From NCBI RefSeq assembly GCF_054482525.1, contig NZ_JBTHVG010000004.1: a stretch of 64,000 nt of DNA; one strand, written 5' to 3'. Below the pieces are notes generated by a model, which ran no database searches, was not told where the DNA came from, and saw only the letters and a program-made list of their open reading frames with translations. A program made the position numbers and the translations under genes. The stretch's first letter is position 1; every line of letters begins with the position of its first letter. Below are positions 1 to 7,945 of this stretch, in pieces. Source of the stretch: a plasmid.

Positions 1-655
1 AGAGCGCACGCTGGCAGTCCAGGCGGCACTCATGCAGCAGCCGGACAAATCTCTGGCACTGCTGGCATGGACGCTCTGCCTGAATGTGTTTGGCAGCGGG
101 GCGTACAGTAAACCAGCACAAATCAGCCTGGAATGTGAACATTACTCGCTGACCAGCGATGCGCCATCGGGGAAGGAAGGTGCCGCATTCATGGCGCTGA
201 TGGCAGAAAAAGCCCGTCTTGCTGCCCTGTTACCGGAGGGATGGTCACGGGACATGACGACATTCCTGTCACTCAGTCAGGAGGTGCTGTTATCCCTGCT
301 CAGCTTCTGCACTGCGTGCAGCATCCACGGTGTTCAGACCCGTGAGTATGGTCACACGTCACGCAGTCCGCTGGACTCGCTGGAAACCGCTATCGGCTTT
401 CACATGCGCGACTGGTGGCAGCCGACAAAAGCAAACTTCTTCGGACACCTGAAAAAGCCGCAGATTATCGCAGCCCTGAATGAGGCAGGACTGTCCGGTG
501 CCGCACGGGACGCGGAGAAGATGAAGAAAGGCGATGCCGCTGAACATGCAGAGTTCCATATGAAAGACAACCGCTGGGTGCCTGGCTGGATGTGTTCACC
601 ACGTCCACAGACGGATGCCACTGAACGCGCCGATAACCTGGCTGATGCCGCCTGA
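1..655 (+). CDS. C-terminal part of a large conserved leading-region protein, probably ParB-like nuclease-domain family (as found upstream of psiB in F/IncI plasmids). The N-terminus lies outside the window.
   Basis: The reading frame is open from base 2 with no stop until 655. It sits immediately upstream of psiB, where IncI/F plasmids carry a ParB-like gene. No catalytic domain is visible in this fragment, so the family assignment is tentative. Confidence 0.4.
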   Translation, partial: ERTLAVQAALMQQPDKSLALLAWTLCLNVFGSGAYSKPAQISLECEHYSLTSDAPSGKEGAAFMALMAEKARLAALLPEGWSRDMTTFLSLSQEVLLSLLSFCTACSIHGVQTREYGHTSRSPLDSLETAIGFHMRDWWQPTKANFFGHLKKPQIIAALNEAGLSGAARDAEKMKKGDAAEHAEFHMKDNRWVPGWMCSPRPQTDATERADNLADAA

Positions 656-706
656 TGAACAACCACACCGCCCCGCCGGAGACGGGGCGGCAGAGGGAGA
701 AATACG

Positions 707-1144
707 ATGATGAATACCGAACTGACACTGAATGCCCTGCAGTCCATGAATGCCCAGGAATATGAAGAAATCCGTGCTGCGGGAAGCGATATGCGCCGTA
801 ATCTCACTCACGAGGTGATGCGTGAAGTGGACGCACCAGCTAACTGGATGATGAACGGAGAGTATGGCAGCGAGTTCGGGGGCTTTTTCCCCGTCCAGGT
901 TCGTTTCACGCCAGCCCACGAACGTTTCCACCTGGCATTATGTTCGCCGGGAGACGTCTCTCAGCTCTGGATGCTGGTTCTGGTGAATGGTGGTGGACAG
1001 CCTTTCGCCGTCGTTCAGGTGCAACATATCTTCACGCCTGTCGCGATCAGTCACACGCTGGCGCTTGCCGCGACACTGGATGCGCAGGGATACAGTGTTA
1101 ACGACATCATCCATATCCTGATGGCAGAAGGAGGTCAGGCATGA
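707..1144 (+). CDS. psiB: PsiB, plasmid SOS-inhibition protein B (145 aa)
   Basis: The protein sequence ([28 protein letters not shown]...[18 protein letters not shown]) matches the well-known PsiB sequence over its whole length. A GAGGGAG ribosome-binding site precedes it and it lies directly 5' of psiA. Confidence 0.9.
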   Translation: MMNTELTLNALQSMNAQEYEEIRAAGSDMRRNLTHEVMREVDAPANWMMNGEYGSEFGGFFPVQVRFTPAHERFHLALCSPGDVSQLWMLVLVNGGGQPFAVVQVQHIFTPVAISHTLALAATLDAQGYSVNDIIHILMAEGGQA

Positions 1145-1860
1145 GCGCACGTTCACGGGCACTGATCCCCCTCAGCGCAGAACAACAGGCCGCCATGCAG
1201 GCGGTGGCTGTCACAGAACAACGTCGTCGTCAGGGACGCACACTTTCAGCATGGCCTTATGCCACCGCTTTCTTTCGCTGCCTGAATGGCAGTCGCCGGA
1301 TTTCGCTGACCGATCTCCGCTTTTTTGCCCCTGCGCTGACGAAGGAGGAATTTCATGGCAACCGTCTCCTGTGGCTGGCTGCCGTGGATAAACTGATTGA
1401 AAGTTTTGGGGAAGTCTGTGTTCTTCCCCTGCCATCCGATGCGGGGCACCGTCTGTTCCCGTCCGTGCCTTTTCGTGAAGGTGAGCGTCGTCGTCAGAAA
1501 ACCACGCTGACAGAGCAGAAATACAGCCGCCAGCGGGAACGTGAGGCAGAACGACGGGAACTGGAATACCAGACATGTTTTGCTCAGGCGCAGATTGACC
1601 TTGCGTTTCATACTCCCGCCACGGTCGGAAGCTGGTTGTCCCGCTGGTCTGGTGTTGTTGAGGAGCATGATCTGGAAACGATTTTCTGGGGGTGGTGCGG
1701 GCGTTTTCCGTCACTGTCATCATTTGACCGGTTTTTCTGGCAGGAGGAACCACTCTGGCGGCTGATTTTTGAAGCCGGTGAGGCCGGTCGTGGTGCACCG
1801 ATACAGGTACGTGCACTTGAGCAGTGGATGATCCCGAACAAGCTGGAGAACGTAATATGA
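1141..1860 (+). CDS. psiA: PsiA, plasmid SOS-inhibition protein A (239 aa)
   Basis: Typical PsiA length and sequence. Its start overlaps the psiB stop (ATGA), consistent with translational coupling in the psiB-psiA operon of F and IncI1 leading regions. Confidence 0.88.
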   Translation: MSARSRALIPLSAEQQAAMQAVAVTEQRRRQGRTLSAWPYATAFFRCLNGSRRISLTDLRFFAPALTKEEFHGNRLLWLAAVDKLIESFGEVCVLPLPSDAGHRLFPSVPFREGERRRQKTTLTEQKYSRQREREAERRELEYQTCFAQAQIDLAFHTPATVGSWLSRWSGVVEEHDLETIFWGWCGRFPSLSSFDRFFWQEEPLWRLIFEAGEAGRGAPIQVRALEQWMIPNKLENVI

Positions 1861-2453
1861 TGAAATCAGACGAAAAATACCAGGTTCCCGCGTGGATGCG
1901 ACCTCTGTTGCCGTTGCTCTGCAACACCGGGGGGAACGATCCGGAAGAACTGCTGAATGATACAGAAACCACTGCCAGTGCGAATGTTGTCCGTTATGTA
2001 CTGATAGTTGCTGTGCGGTCGCAGGTTGATCTGCTGCAGCTTCTGTACAGGAAAGGGCTGTTGCGCACAGAGATACCAGGTGGCTTTTCACCGGAAGAAG
2101 CGCAGGCACTCCTGGATAATCTGGTGCGCAGCCATATCAGCAAGGCGCTGTCGGGCGAGCGAATGGCAGCCCGTGACAGAAATGCCGATCTGGCCTGGAT
2201 TAGACAGCAACTGGTCGATGCCGCCTGGTTTGTCCGTGCCACACTGGAAGCGCATGGGATGAGCGTCGGAAATGAGAGTCCCCCTGCTCCGCCGGAGACA
2301 ATGCCGGACATACAGACACGGGAACTGGTGATGTTGATCAAGCGACTGGCATCATCGCTGAAAGCGGTGAAACCGGACAGTTGTGTGGTGCGTGAAGCGC
2401 AGGACTGGCTGCGCGACAGAAAACTTGTGGATATCACAGATATTCTCCGGTGA
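1857..2453 (+). CDS. conserved hypothetical leading-region protein downstream of psiA (198 aa from ATG 1857)
   Basis: The ATG overlaps the psiA stop. It is a long ORF with balanced codon usage and no recognisable motif. Confidence 0.55.
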   Translation: MMKSDEKYQVPAWMRPLLPLLCNTGGNDPEELLNDTETTASANVVRYVLIVAVRSQVDLLQLLYRKGLLRTEIPGGFSPEEAQALLDNLVRSHISKALSGERMAARDRNADLAWIRQQLVDAAWFVRATLEAHGMSVGNESPPAPPETMPDIQTRELVMLIKRLASSLKAVKPDSCVVREAQDWLRDRKLVDITDILR

Positions 2454-2499
2454 ACCAGGCATGTATATTTTACGCAGGGACATGCCGGTCATGATCGTT

Positions 2500-2890
2500 T
2501 CGTTCCAGGGGTGGTCTGGAGATCATGCGGTGTGCTCCCTGCTCTCGCCGGAATAAGGACGTCGCCGCCGGCTCCGCTTTTACCCGGCCATGCGGGGCAT
2601 GGCCTTGTGGGTTTTCAGTTATGTGGCCTCAGCGTCGTGTGCGGGCTGTGCCGTGCCTCCATCGTAGCCGGGCTTCTGCGGGCGGGTTGCAAGGTAAGGT
2701 GAACCGCTGCGGTCACCCGGTCCCTCCTTCCCGTCCGCCGTGATTTTCCGGTCGTTCACCCGCTCAGATTTCGCGGTCTCACCCTCCAACTCCCGCCAGC
2801 CGTGTGCGTCAGGCTGCGGCTTCCCTTGCGCCCTTGCAACCCTGCAGGCCCGGCAAAGATGGAGGCACGGCACCGCCCGGTGTCGCAGAA
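2500..2890 (+). promoter_or_regulatory. GC-rich, hairpin-rich non-coding element upstream of ardA; candidate single-strand DNA promoter (ssi/Frpo-type)
   Basis: About 390 bp of non-coding sequence at >65% GC, full of short inverted repeats. It lies directly 5' of ardA, which in ColIb-P9 is known to be expressed early from a single-strand promoter. The secondary structure was not folded here. Confidence 0.4.
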
Positions 2891-2914
2891 CATGTGACTA
2901 TGGAGGATTCGGGA

Positions 2915-3415
2915 ATGTCTGTTGTTGCACCTGCTGTATACGTTGGAACCTGGCACAAATACAACTGTGGAAGCATCGCCGGACGCTGGTTTGACCTGAC
3001 CACGTTTGATGATGAGCGCGACTTTTTCGCCGCCTGCCGTGCTCTTCACCAGGATGAAGCCGATCCTGAACTGATGTTTCAGGATTATGAGGGATTCCCG
3101 GGGAATATGGCCTCTGAATGCCATATCAACTGGGCCTGGGTTGAAGGCTTCCGCCAGGCACGGGATGAAGGCTGCGAAGAGGCTTATCGTCTCTGGGTGG
3201 AGGATACCGGTGAGACGGATTTTGACACCTTCCGCGATGCCTGGTGGGGCGAGGCTGACAGTGAGGAGGCTTTTGCGGTTGAGTTCGCCAGTGATACCGG
3301 CCTGCTGGCTGACGTGCCGGAGACGGTGGCGCTCTATTTTGACTATGAGGCGTATGCGCGGGATTTATTCCTGGACTCCTTCACCTTTATTGACGGTCAT
3401 GTGTTCCGTCGGTGA
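2915..3415 (+). CDS. ardA: ArdA antirestriction protein (type I restriction inhibitor, DNA mimic), 166 aa
   Basis: MSVVAPAVYVGTWHKYNCGSIAGRWFDLTTFDDERDFF... is the canonical ColIb-P9/R64 ArdA. A GGAGGA ribosome-binding site sits 7 nt upstream of ATG 2915; the longer ORF from 2804 is an upstream extension. Confidence 0.92.
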   Translation: MSVVAPAVYVGTWHKYNCGSIAGRWFDLTTFDDERDFFAACRALHQDEADPELMFQDYEGFPGNMASECHINWAWVEGFRQARDEGCEEAYRLWVEDTGETDFDTFRDAWWGEADSEEAFAVEFASDTGLLADVPETVALYFDYEAYARDLFLDSFTFIDGHVFRR

Positions 3416-3770
3416 TTTACTCCCCCGCTCCGGCGGGGGTATGGCCTGCCAGGCCGCCGGAAAACCCTGGCAGGCTTACGCCTGCCTGAAATGCAGGAGG
3501 GCCGCGCCTGCGGCGCTGCCCTTCCTGCCCGTCATGGTGTGAGGCATTTTTCTGTTATGTCGTTTCTGTTGTTCTGATTTCCGGAGGCGGGGACACCTTC
3601 GGCTCCCGGCTGCCTGGCGGCATCCGGTCGTCAGGCCCGACTCCGACAGGCAGCTGCTGGCGCACCCGCCAGTCTCCGCCGAACCCGCTGGCGCGGTTTC
3701 GGGCTGCCGCTACGGTCCGATGTCTGAAAAACCAGGCTTGCAGCGACCGTTCCGGTCGCGCCGCCCCTGT

Positions 3771-4117
3771 CGCGCCGGAAACGGCGCTCCCTGCACACCT
3801 GACGGTGTGTAAGGCCACTGCGCCTGATGGCGCAGTCAACCCTTCCGCCGCCACCCCTGCGGCCTGTTTCCCGCTGTGGACTTTCCGGGGGCTGGAGTAA
3901 CCACATCCCGTTTCAGCAGTCCAGGGGAAGATATACCGTCCACAAAATTTTTAGCCATAAACCCGGCAAAAAATTTTGCGTCCGCCCCCGGACAGCTGCC
4001 CCGTGACGTGGTGACGGACGCCCCATCGGAAAGGTCCACTGCGGGGAGAAACCCCGAAGAAGTGGACGGCAGAAGGGGCTTTCGCCCCTCCGGGGAGCAA
4101 CCGGTCGGCCCGGCGAC
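3771..4117 (+). promoter_or_regulatory. Frpo/ssi-like single-strand promoter element, repeat copy A (about 85% identical to 6636..6992)
   Basis: GC-rich non-coding block with long imperfect inverted repeats (e.g. ctccctgcacacctgacggtgtgtaagg, ccccgtgacgtggtgacggacgcccc). It ends 25 bp before the ribosome-binding site of ORF 4144, is on the strand expected for leading-strand ssDNA transcription toward oriT, and is repeated at 6636..6992. Confidence 0.5.
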
Positions 4118-4143
4118 CTGATTCAGCAGAAGGAGACGTTTTC

Positions 4144-4578
4144 ATGACTGTCAGCAGCACGATTTCCGTTTTTTGCCGCGACGGGGTGTTCCGTACCGTT
4201 TACTGCCACCTGCACGGTGAGCCGACCTGGAACGGTCGCATCCTGCATACCCACTATGCCACCGGTCAGCAGGCCGAAGCCCTGGTTGAACACGGTGATA
4301 TCCGTTGCCTCGGTCCCCGTTGCGACAAACCCGCCGGGCATACGCTTCAGAACCCGGTGGACGGTGTGACGGCTTATTACGGACGTGACAGTGGTTTCCG
4401 GATGGACAGTGAGGCGCGTGAGTACCGTTCTTTCAGGGAGGCTATTGCCACTGAAAGCACTGAAGAGGTGCGCTTCCATTATGTGTTCATCGACGGCTAC
4501 TGGAAGGTGATGTACCGCACGCCGGAAGGCTGGAAGATGAAAGCGCTCGCGCTGGCACTGCGTCGCTGTCCGAAATGA
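4144..4578 (+). CDS. hypothetical protein (144 aa) directly downstream of Frpo-like element A
   Basis: GAAGGAG ribosome-binding site 8 nt before the ATG. Clean ORF (MTVSSTISVFCRDGVFRTVYCHLHGEPTWNG...) with no motif I can name. Confidence 0.6.
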   Translation: MTVSSTISVFCRDGVFRTVYCHLHGEPTWNGRILHTHYATGQQAEALVEHGDIRCLGPRCDKPAGHTLQNPVDGVTAYYGRDSGFRMDSEAREYRSFREAIATESTEEVRFHYVFIDGYWKVMYRTPEGWKMKALALALRRCPK

Positions 4579-4670
4579 AAAAAGGCAGGGCGATAAACCC
4601 TGCCTCTCTCCGCCGGCGCTTCCCCGCCAGGAAGTCCGGCATCTCAATCACTATCTATGGAGATTATGCC

Positions 4671-4937
4671 ATGAGACCATCAATTATCTTCGCAACCGCC
4701 GAGTATGTAAAGCGTCTGCGTGAAGAGTGCCTGCGGGAGAATAAACCCCTGCACCGCCATACCCGCTTCAGACGTCAGGAGCTGGCACAGGATGAGATTA
4801 ACCCGGACGTCCTGGCGATGAGCGGCCATATCGCCAGACGCTGCAGTGAGCAGAAGCGGGTGCGTATCCCCGCTATGAAAGTCAGCGAATGGGGCCACCT
4901 GCTCCGCGCGCTTGAAATTGAGCGGGTCTGCCACTGA
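4671..4937 (+). CDS. hypothetical small protein (88 aa)
   Basis: GGAG ribosome-binding site before ATG 4671 (MRPSIIFATAEYVKRLREECL...). The longer ORF from 4575 lacks a ribosome-binding site. Confidence 0.5.
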   Translation: MRPSIIFATAEYVKRLREECLRENKPLHRHTRFRRQELAQDEINPDVLAMSGHIARRCSEQKRVRIPAMKVSEWGHLLRALEIERVCH

Positions 4938-5001
4938 TTAACCCTTGCCGTCTGCCTGTGCAGGCGGCAGGATACGTTCAGACATCTCACCAGGAGGAAC
5001 C

Positions 5002-5892
5002 GTGAGTAAGAAGAAAACCACCACGACGCCCACGCCGCATGATGCCGCGTTCCGGTCGTTCCTGGCGAATCCCGACGTCGCCAGAGATTTTCTGGAACTG
5101 CATCTTCCGGCGGAGTACCGGCAGTTGTGCGACCTGTCCACGCTGAAGCTGGAACCCGCCACCTTTGTTGAGCCGGACCTGCATCAGTACGCCAGCGATA
5201 TCCTCTGGAGTGTGAAAACCACCGGGGGTGAAGACGGCTATGTTTATACGCTCATCGAGCACCAGAGCACCGAAAATCTGTACATGCCTTTCCGCATGTT
5301 ACGTTACAGTGTGGCGGCGATGCAGAGACATCTGGAGCAGCACAAAACGTTGCCACTGGTGATTCCTGTGCTGTTCTATCATGGTGAGCGCAGCCCGTAC
5401 CCGTACAGCATGAACTGGCTGGACTGTTTTGAGAATCCGGCACTTGCGGCTAAAATATACACAAAGCCGTTTCCGCTGGTTGATATCACTGTCGTTGATG
5501 ACAATGAAATCATGAACCATCGCCGGATGGCCGCACTGACGCTGCTGATGAAGCATATCCGCCATCGTGACATGATGGATCTGCTGGACAAACTCCCGCA
5601 GGTCATGGTGGAAATTTCAGACGAGCAGGTGCGTGTTCTGATTCATTACATCGTTAACGCAGGGGACTCTGTATCACCGGAATTTATGCGGGCGCTGGCT
5701 GAGCGTCTGCCGCAGCATGAGGATAAACTGATGACTATCGCAGAACGTCTTGAGCAAAAAGGTCGCCAGGAAGGAGCGCTTGAAAAAGCCCTGGCTATTG
5801 CGTGCCAGCTTCAGAAAATGGGGATGACGCCGGAGCAGATTAAGCAGGCTACCGGACTTTCCGAAGCTGAACTGAAAAAAATCATTCACTGA
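5002..5892 (+). CDS. Rpn-family recombination-promoting nuclease (YhgA-like, PD-(D/E)XK, 'transposase_31' family), 296 aa
   Basis: An AGGAGG ribosome-binding site precedes a GTG start at 5002. The N-terminus (TPHDAAFRSFLANPDVARDFLELHLP), the ...EHQS... core and the C-terminal helical tail (ERLEQKGRQEG...MGMTPEQIKQATGLSEAELKKI) are characteristic of E. coli RpnA-E. Confidence 0.8.
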   Translation: MSKKKTTTTPTPHDAAFRSFLANPDVARDFLELHLPAEYRQLCDLSTLKLEPATFVEPDLHQYASDILWSVKTTGGEDGYVYTLIEHQSTENLYMPFRMLRYSVAAMQRHLEQHKTLPLVIPVLFYHGERSPYPYSMNWLDCFENPALAAKIYTKPFPLVDITVVDDNEIMNHRRMAALTLLMKHIRHRDMMDLLDKLPQVMVEISDEQVRVLIHYIVNAGDSVSPEFMRALAERLPQHEDKLMTIAERLEQKGRQEGALEKALAIACQLQKMGMTPEQIKQATGLSEAELKKIIH

Positions 5893-5905
5893 TGAGAGCA
5901 TCACA

Positions 5906-5930
5906 GCCCGGCAAAATGCCGGGCTTTTTT
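5906..5930 (+). terminator. rho-independent terminator after rpn
   Basis: Hairpin agcccggc-aaaat-gccgggct followed by TTTTTT. Confidence 0.6.
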
Positions 5931-5954
5931 GTCAGCAGGAGCAGAGAAAACAGT

Positions 5955-6149
5955 ATGACGCTTGCAGAACGTCTTATACAGAAAGGTTTCGACGAAGGTT
6001 TTAAAGAAGGTTTTAAGAAAGGTGCGCTTGAAGTGGCGCGGGAAGCAGCCTGCCGGCTGCGGGATATGGGCTGGACGCCGGAACGGATTCAGGAGGCGAC
6101 CGGACTTTCCGGTGAAGAACTGAAAAAGCTGTTTCCTGATGAGCAGTAG
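5955..6149 (+). CDS. small protein (64 aa) equivalent to the Rpn C-terminal domain only (ypaA/RpnS-like)
   Basis: MTLAERLIQKGFDEGFKEG...DMGWTPERIQEATGLSGEELKKLF is collinear with the last ~60 aa of the upstream Rpn (MTIAERLEQKGRQEG...KMGMTPEQIKQATGLSEAELKKII). An alternative start at ATG 5892 overlaps the rpn stop (TGATG) but would read through the terminator hairpin. Confidence 0.5.
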   Translation: MTLAERLIQKGFDEGFKEGFKKGALEVAREAACRLRDMGWTPERIQEATGLSGEELKKLFPDEQ

Positions 6150-6179
6150 CCTGACATTCTGCCAGGCTGTGAATCACGC

Positions 6180-6431
6180 TCACACATTCCCTGCCGTTTC
6201 CCCCAGTTCATTTTCCAGACGCCTGATGATATCTGCCTTGCGCATCCCCTGCATGTGAGGCAGCAGGTCACGGACTGAAAGTGCCTGGGTGGTCCTCCAG
6301 ACGGTGACGTCCACCTGTTCCGCATTTTCCCAGGCGTGCCATGTTCTCTGCGTCACGCCAAATTCTCTGGCCGCTTTTTCGCGTGACCATAGCATGCTTT
6401 TTCGCCAGATTCGCAGTTCCCAGCCGGTCAT
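6180..6431 (-). CDS. XRE-family helix-turn-helix transcriptional regulator (83 aa)
   Basis: The HTH signature (...AAREFGVTQRTWHAWENAEQ...) is typical of Cro/CI-type repressors. It is the only minus-strand gene inside the leading-region block. Confidence 0.6.
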   Translation of the reverse strand: MTGWELRIWRKSMLWSREKAAREFGVTQRTWHAWENAEQVDVTVWRTTQALSVRDLLPHMQGMRKADIIRRLENELGETAGNV

Positions 6432-6447
6432 AAAACACCTTTGAAAA

Positions 6448-6531
6448 AGTGAAAAAACTTCACTTTATTTTATCATCACAATTGCCAAATCAGCGCGATA
6501 AATAAGTGTAAAAAAGTGAAGAAATTTCACT
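6448..6531. promoter_or_regulatory. two palindromic operator-like sites AGTGAA-N5-TTCACT (6448..6464 and 6515..6531) in the promoter region of the XRE gene
   Basis: Both are perfect hexamer palindromes with 5-bp spacers, 67 bp apart, in an AT-rich stretch immediately upstream of the minus-strand HTH gene start. Confidence 0.35.
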
Positions 6532-6635
6532 TTTTTTGTTTGTAAGTGTCGTGCGGTTTTCTCTGTTTTCACCTGTGCGGGAGTGGTGTGCCAGTGACCA
6601 CCACATGCCATTGTTGTGCCGTCGTTTTTCTTCAG

Positions 6636-6992
6636 TCGCGCCGGATGCGGCGCTCCCTGCACACCTTACGGTGTGTAAGGCCACTGCGCCTGATGGCGCA
6701 GCTGTCTCTTGCCTGTCTGCCGCCGCACTGCGGCCTGTTCTCCGCAGACGGACTTTCCGGGGGTACATACACGACCACATCCCGTTTCAGTCGTCCAGGG
6801 GAGAGATGTACCAGCCACAAAACTTTTTGCCGCTGGCGTCAAAAACTTTTGCGTCTGCCCCCGGACAACTGCCCCGTGACGTGGTGAGCGTCCCCCGTCG
6901 GAAAGGTCCACTGCGGGGAAATACCCTAAGACCCGGACGGCAGAAGGAGCTTCGCTCCTCCGGGAAATGACCTGGCTGACCCGGCAGTCGTG
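6636..6992 (+). promoter_or_regulatory. Frpo/ssi-like single-strand promoter element, repeat copy B
   Basis: About 85% identical to 3771..4117 in several long patches. It ends just before the ribosome-binding site (AGGAG) of the DUF4942-like gene at 7012. Confidence 0.5.
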
Positions 6993-7011
6993 ACGATGAG
7001 GAGACAATGTG

Positions 7012-7860
7012 ATGAATCAGACTTTACCCACTGCTGACCTGAATACTGCCGGCACGACAGATGTTATTCCGTCTGTGGCTATCGACCGCATCATCGCGCA
7101 GCGTAACGAAGGTATTGCACTATTCATGCAGGCGATGGAATGCCTGGCGACAGCGCGCAGGATTCTGCTCGATGCGTCAGGTGATATTTTTCTTTACGGG
7201 TTTGAAGACTGCGTGACTGATTCCGTTCGTCGCATGGATAAGCCGGAAGAAGCGAAAAGGAATATCACCCGTCTTGCCGACCGGAAAATCTGGGACCGCC
7301 TGATGACAGATACGGGCATGTACACCTTCATGAGTTCATGCCAGCGTGATGAGTGGAACAGCCAGCTGATGAGCGACACCTGTCCTGAAATCACCCTGGA
7401 CAATGTACTGGCAACATTCCGCCATCTTAATACCAGCAAGATGCAGACGTTTGAACAGGGACTGATTGATGTCTACCGGAAATTGTCATGGGATTACAGA
7501 ACCAATAATCCCTGCCGTCTGGGCAAGAAAATCATTATTGAAAACATGCTGTACCGCTGGAGTAACGGGCGTGTGACGCTGGACTGCAGCGGACGGGAGG
7601 CACTGGATGACCTGGTACGTCCTTTTTATCTGCTGGAGGGGCGAAACGTTCCTGACTTCCGGAGCAGCATCGGGGCGCAGTATGGTGAATTTCTCGGGAA
7701 CGGCGACAACGTCGGTAAGCTGTTAGAAGGGGAATATTTTACGGTGCGTGGCTACCAGAAAGGGACCGTACACATTGTCTTTAAGCGTCCTGACCTTGTT
7801 GAAAAACTGAATGATATTATTGCACGGCATTATCCTGGTGCATTGCCGCCACGAGTCTGA
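7012..7860 (+). CDS. conserved plasmid leading-region protein, DUF4942-like (282 aa)
   Basis: AGGAG ribosome-binding site 9 nt before ATG 7012 (a GTG at 7009 is also possible). The size and sequence resemble the DUF4942 proteins commonly annotated between ardA and nikA in IncI1/IncB/O/K plasmids; this is recalled from memory, not searched. Confidence 0.5.
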   Translation: MNQTLPTADLNTAGTTDVIPSVAIDRIIAQRNEGIALFMQAMECLATARRILLDASGDIFLYGFEDCVTDSVRRMDKPEEAKRNITRLADRKIWDRLMTDTGMYTFMSSCQRDEWNSQLMSDTCPEITLDNVLATFRHLNTSKMQTFEQGLIDVYRKLSWDYRTNNPCRLGKKIIIENMLYRWSNGRVTLDCSGREALDDLVRPFYLLEGRNVPDFRSSIGAQYGEFLGNGDNVGKLLEGEYFTVRGYQKGTVHIVFKRPDLVEKLNDIIARHYPGALPPRV

Positions 7861-7868
7861 TTAAACAG

Positions 7869-7900
7869 AAAAGCCCTGGTATTTATGCCGGGGCTTTTTT
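7869..7900. terminator. bidirectional rho-independent terminator
   Basis: Hairpin aaaagccctgg-tatttatg-ccggggctttttttt, with an A-run before and a T-run after. Confidence 0.5.
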
Positions 7901-7945
7901 TTCTGTAATCATCATAATCTCAGAACACGATGTGACATTGTCACA

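Noticed and set aside
1211-1972. 253-aa ORF antisense to psiA, and similar antisense ORFs across nikB, traU, sogL and pil genes
   Set aside because: They lie fully inside well-supported sense genes of a GC-balanced backbone and have no ribosome-binding sites. They are typical shadow ORFs.
2511-4160. Numerous short ORFs in both strands of the GC-rich blocks (for example 2511..2702, 2619..2873, 3555..3854, 3631..3906, 3876..4121)
   Set aside because: They overlap one another inside hairpin-rich non-coding elements, lack ribosome-binding sites and show GC-driven open frames. They are better explained as structured ssDNA-promoter-like DNA.
4945-5001. Upstream TTG-initiated extension of the Rpn ORF (MPSACAGGRIRSDISPGG...)
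   Set aside because: A strong AGGAGG ribosome-binding site precedes the in-frame GTG at 5002. The extension overlaps a hairpin (ctgcctgtgcaggcggcag) and adds no conserved residues.
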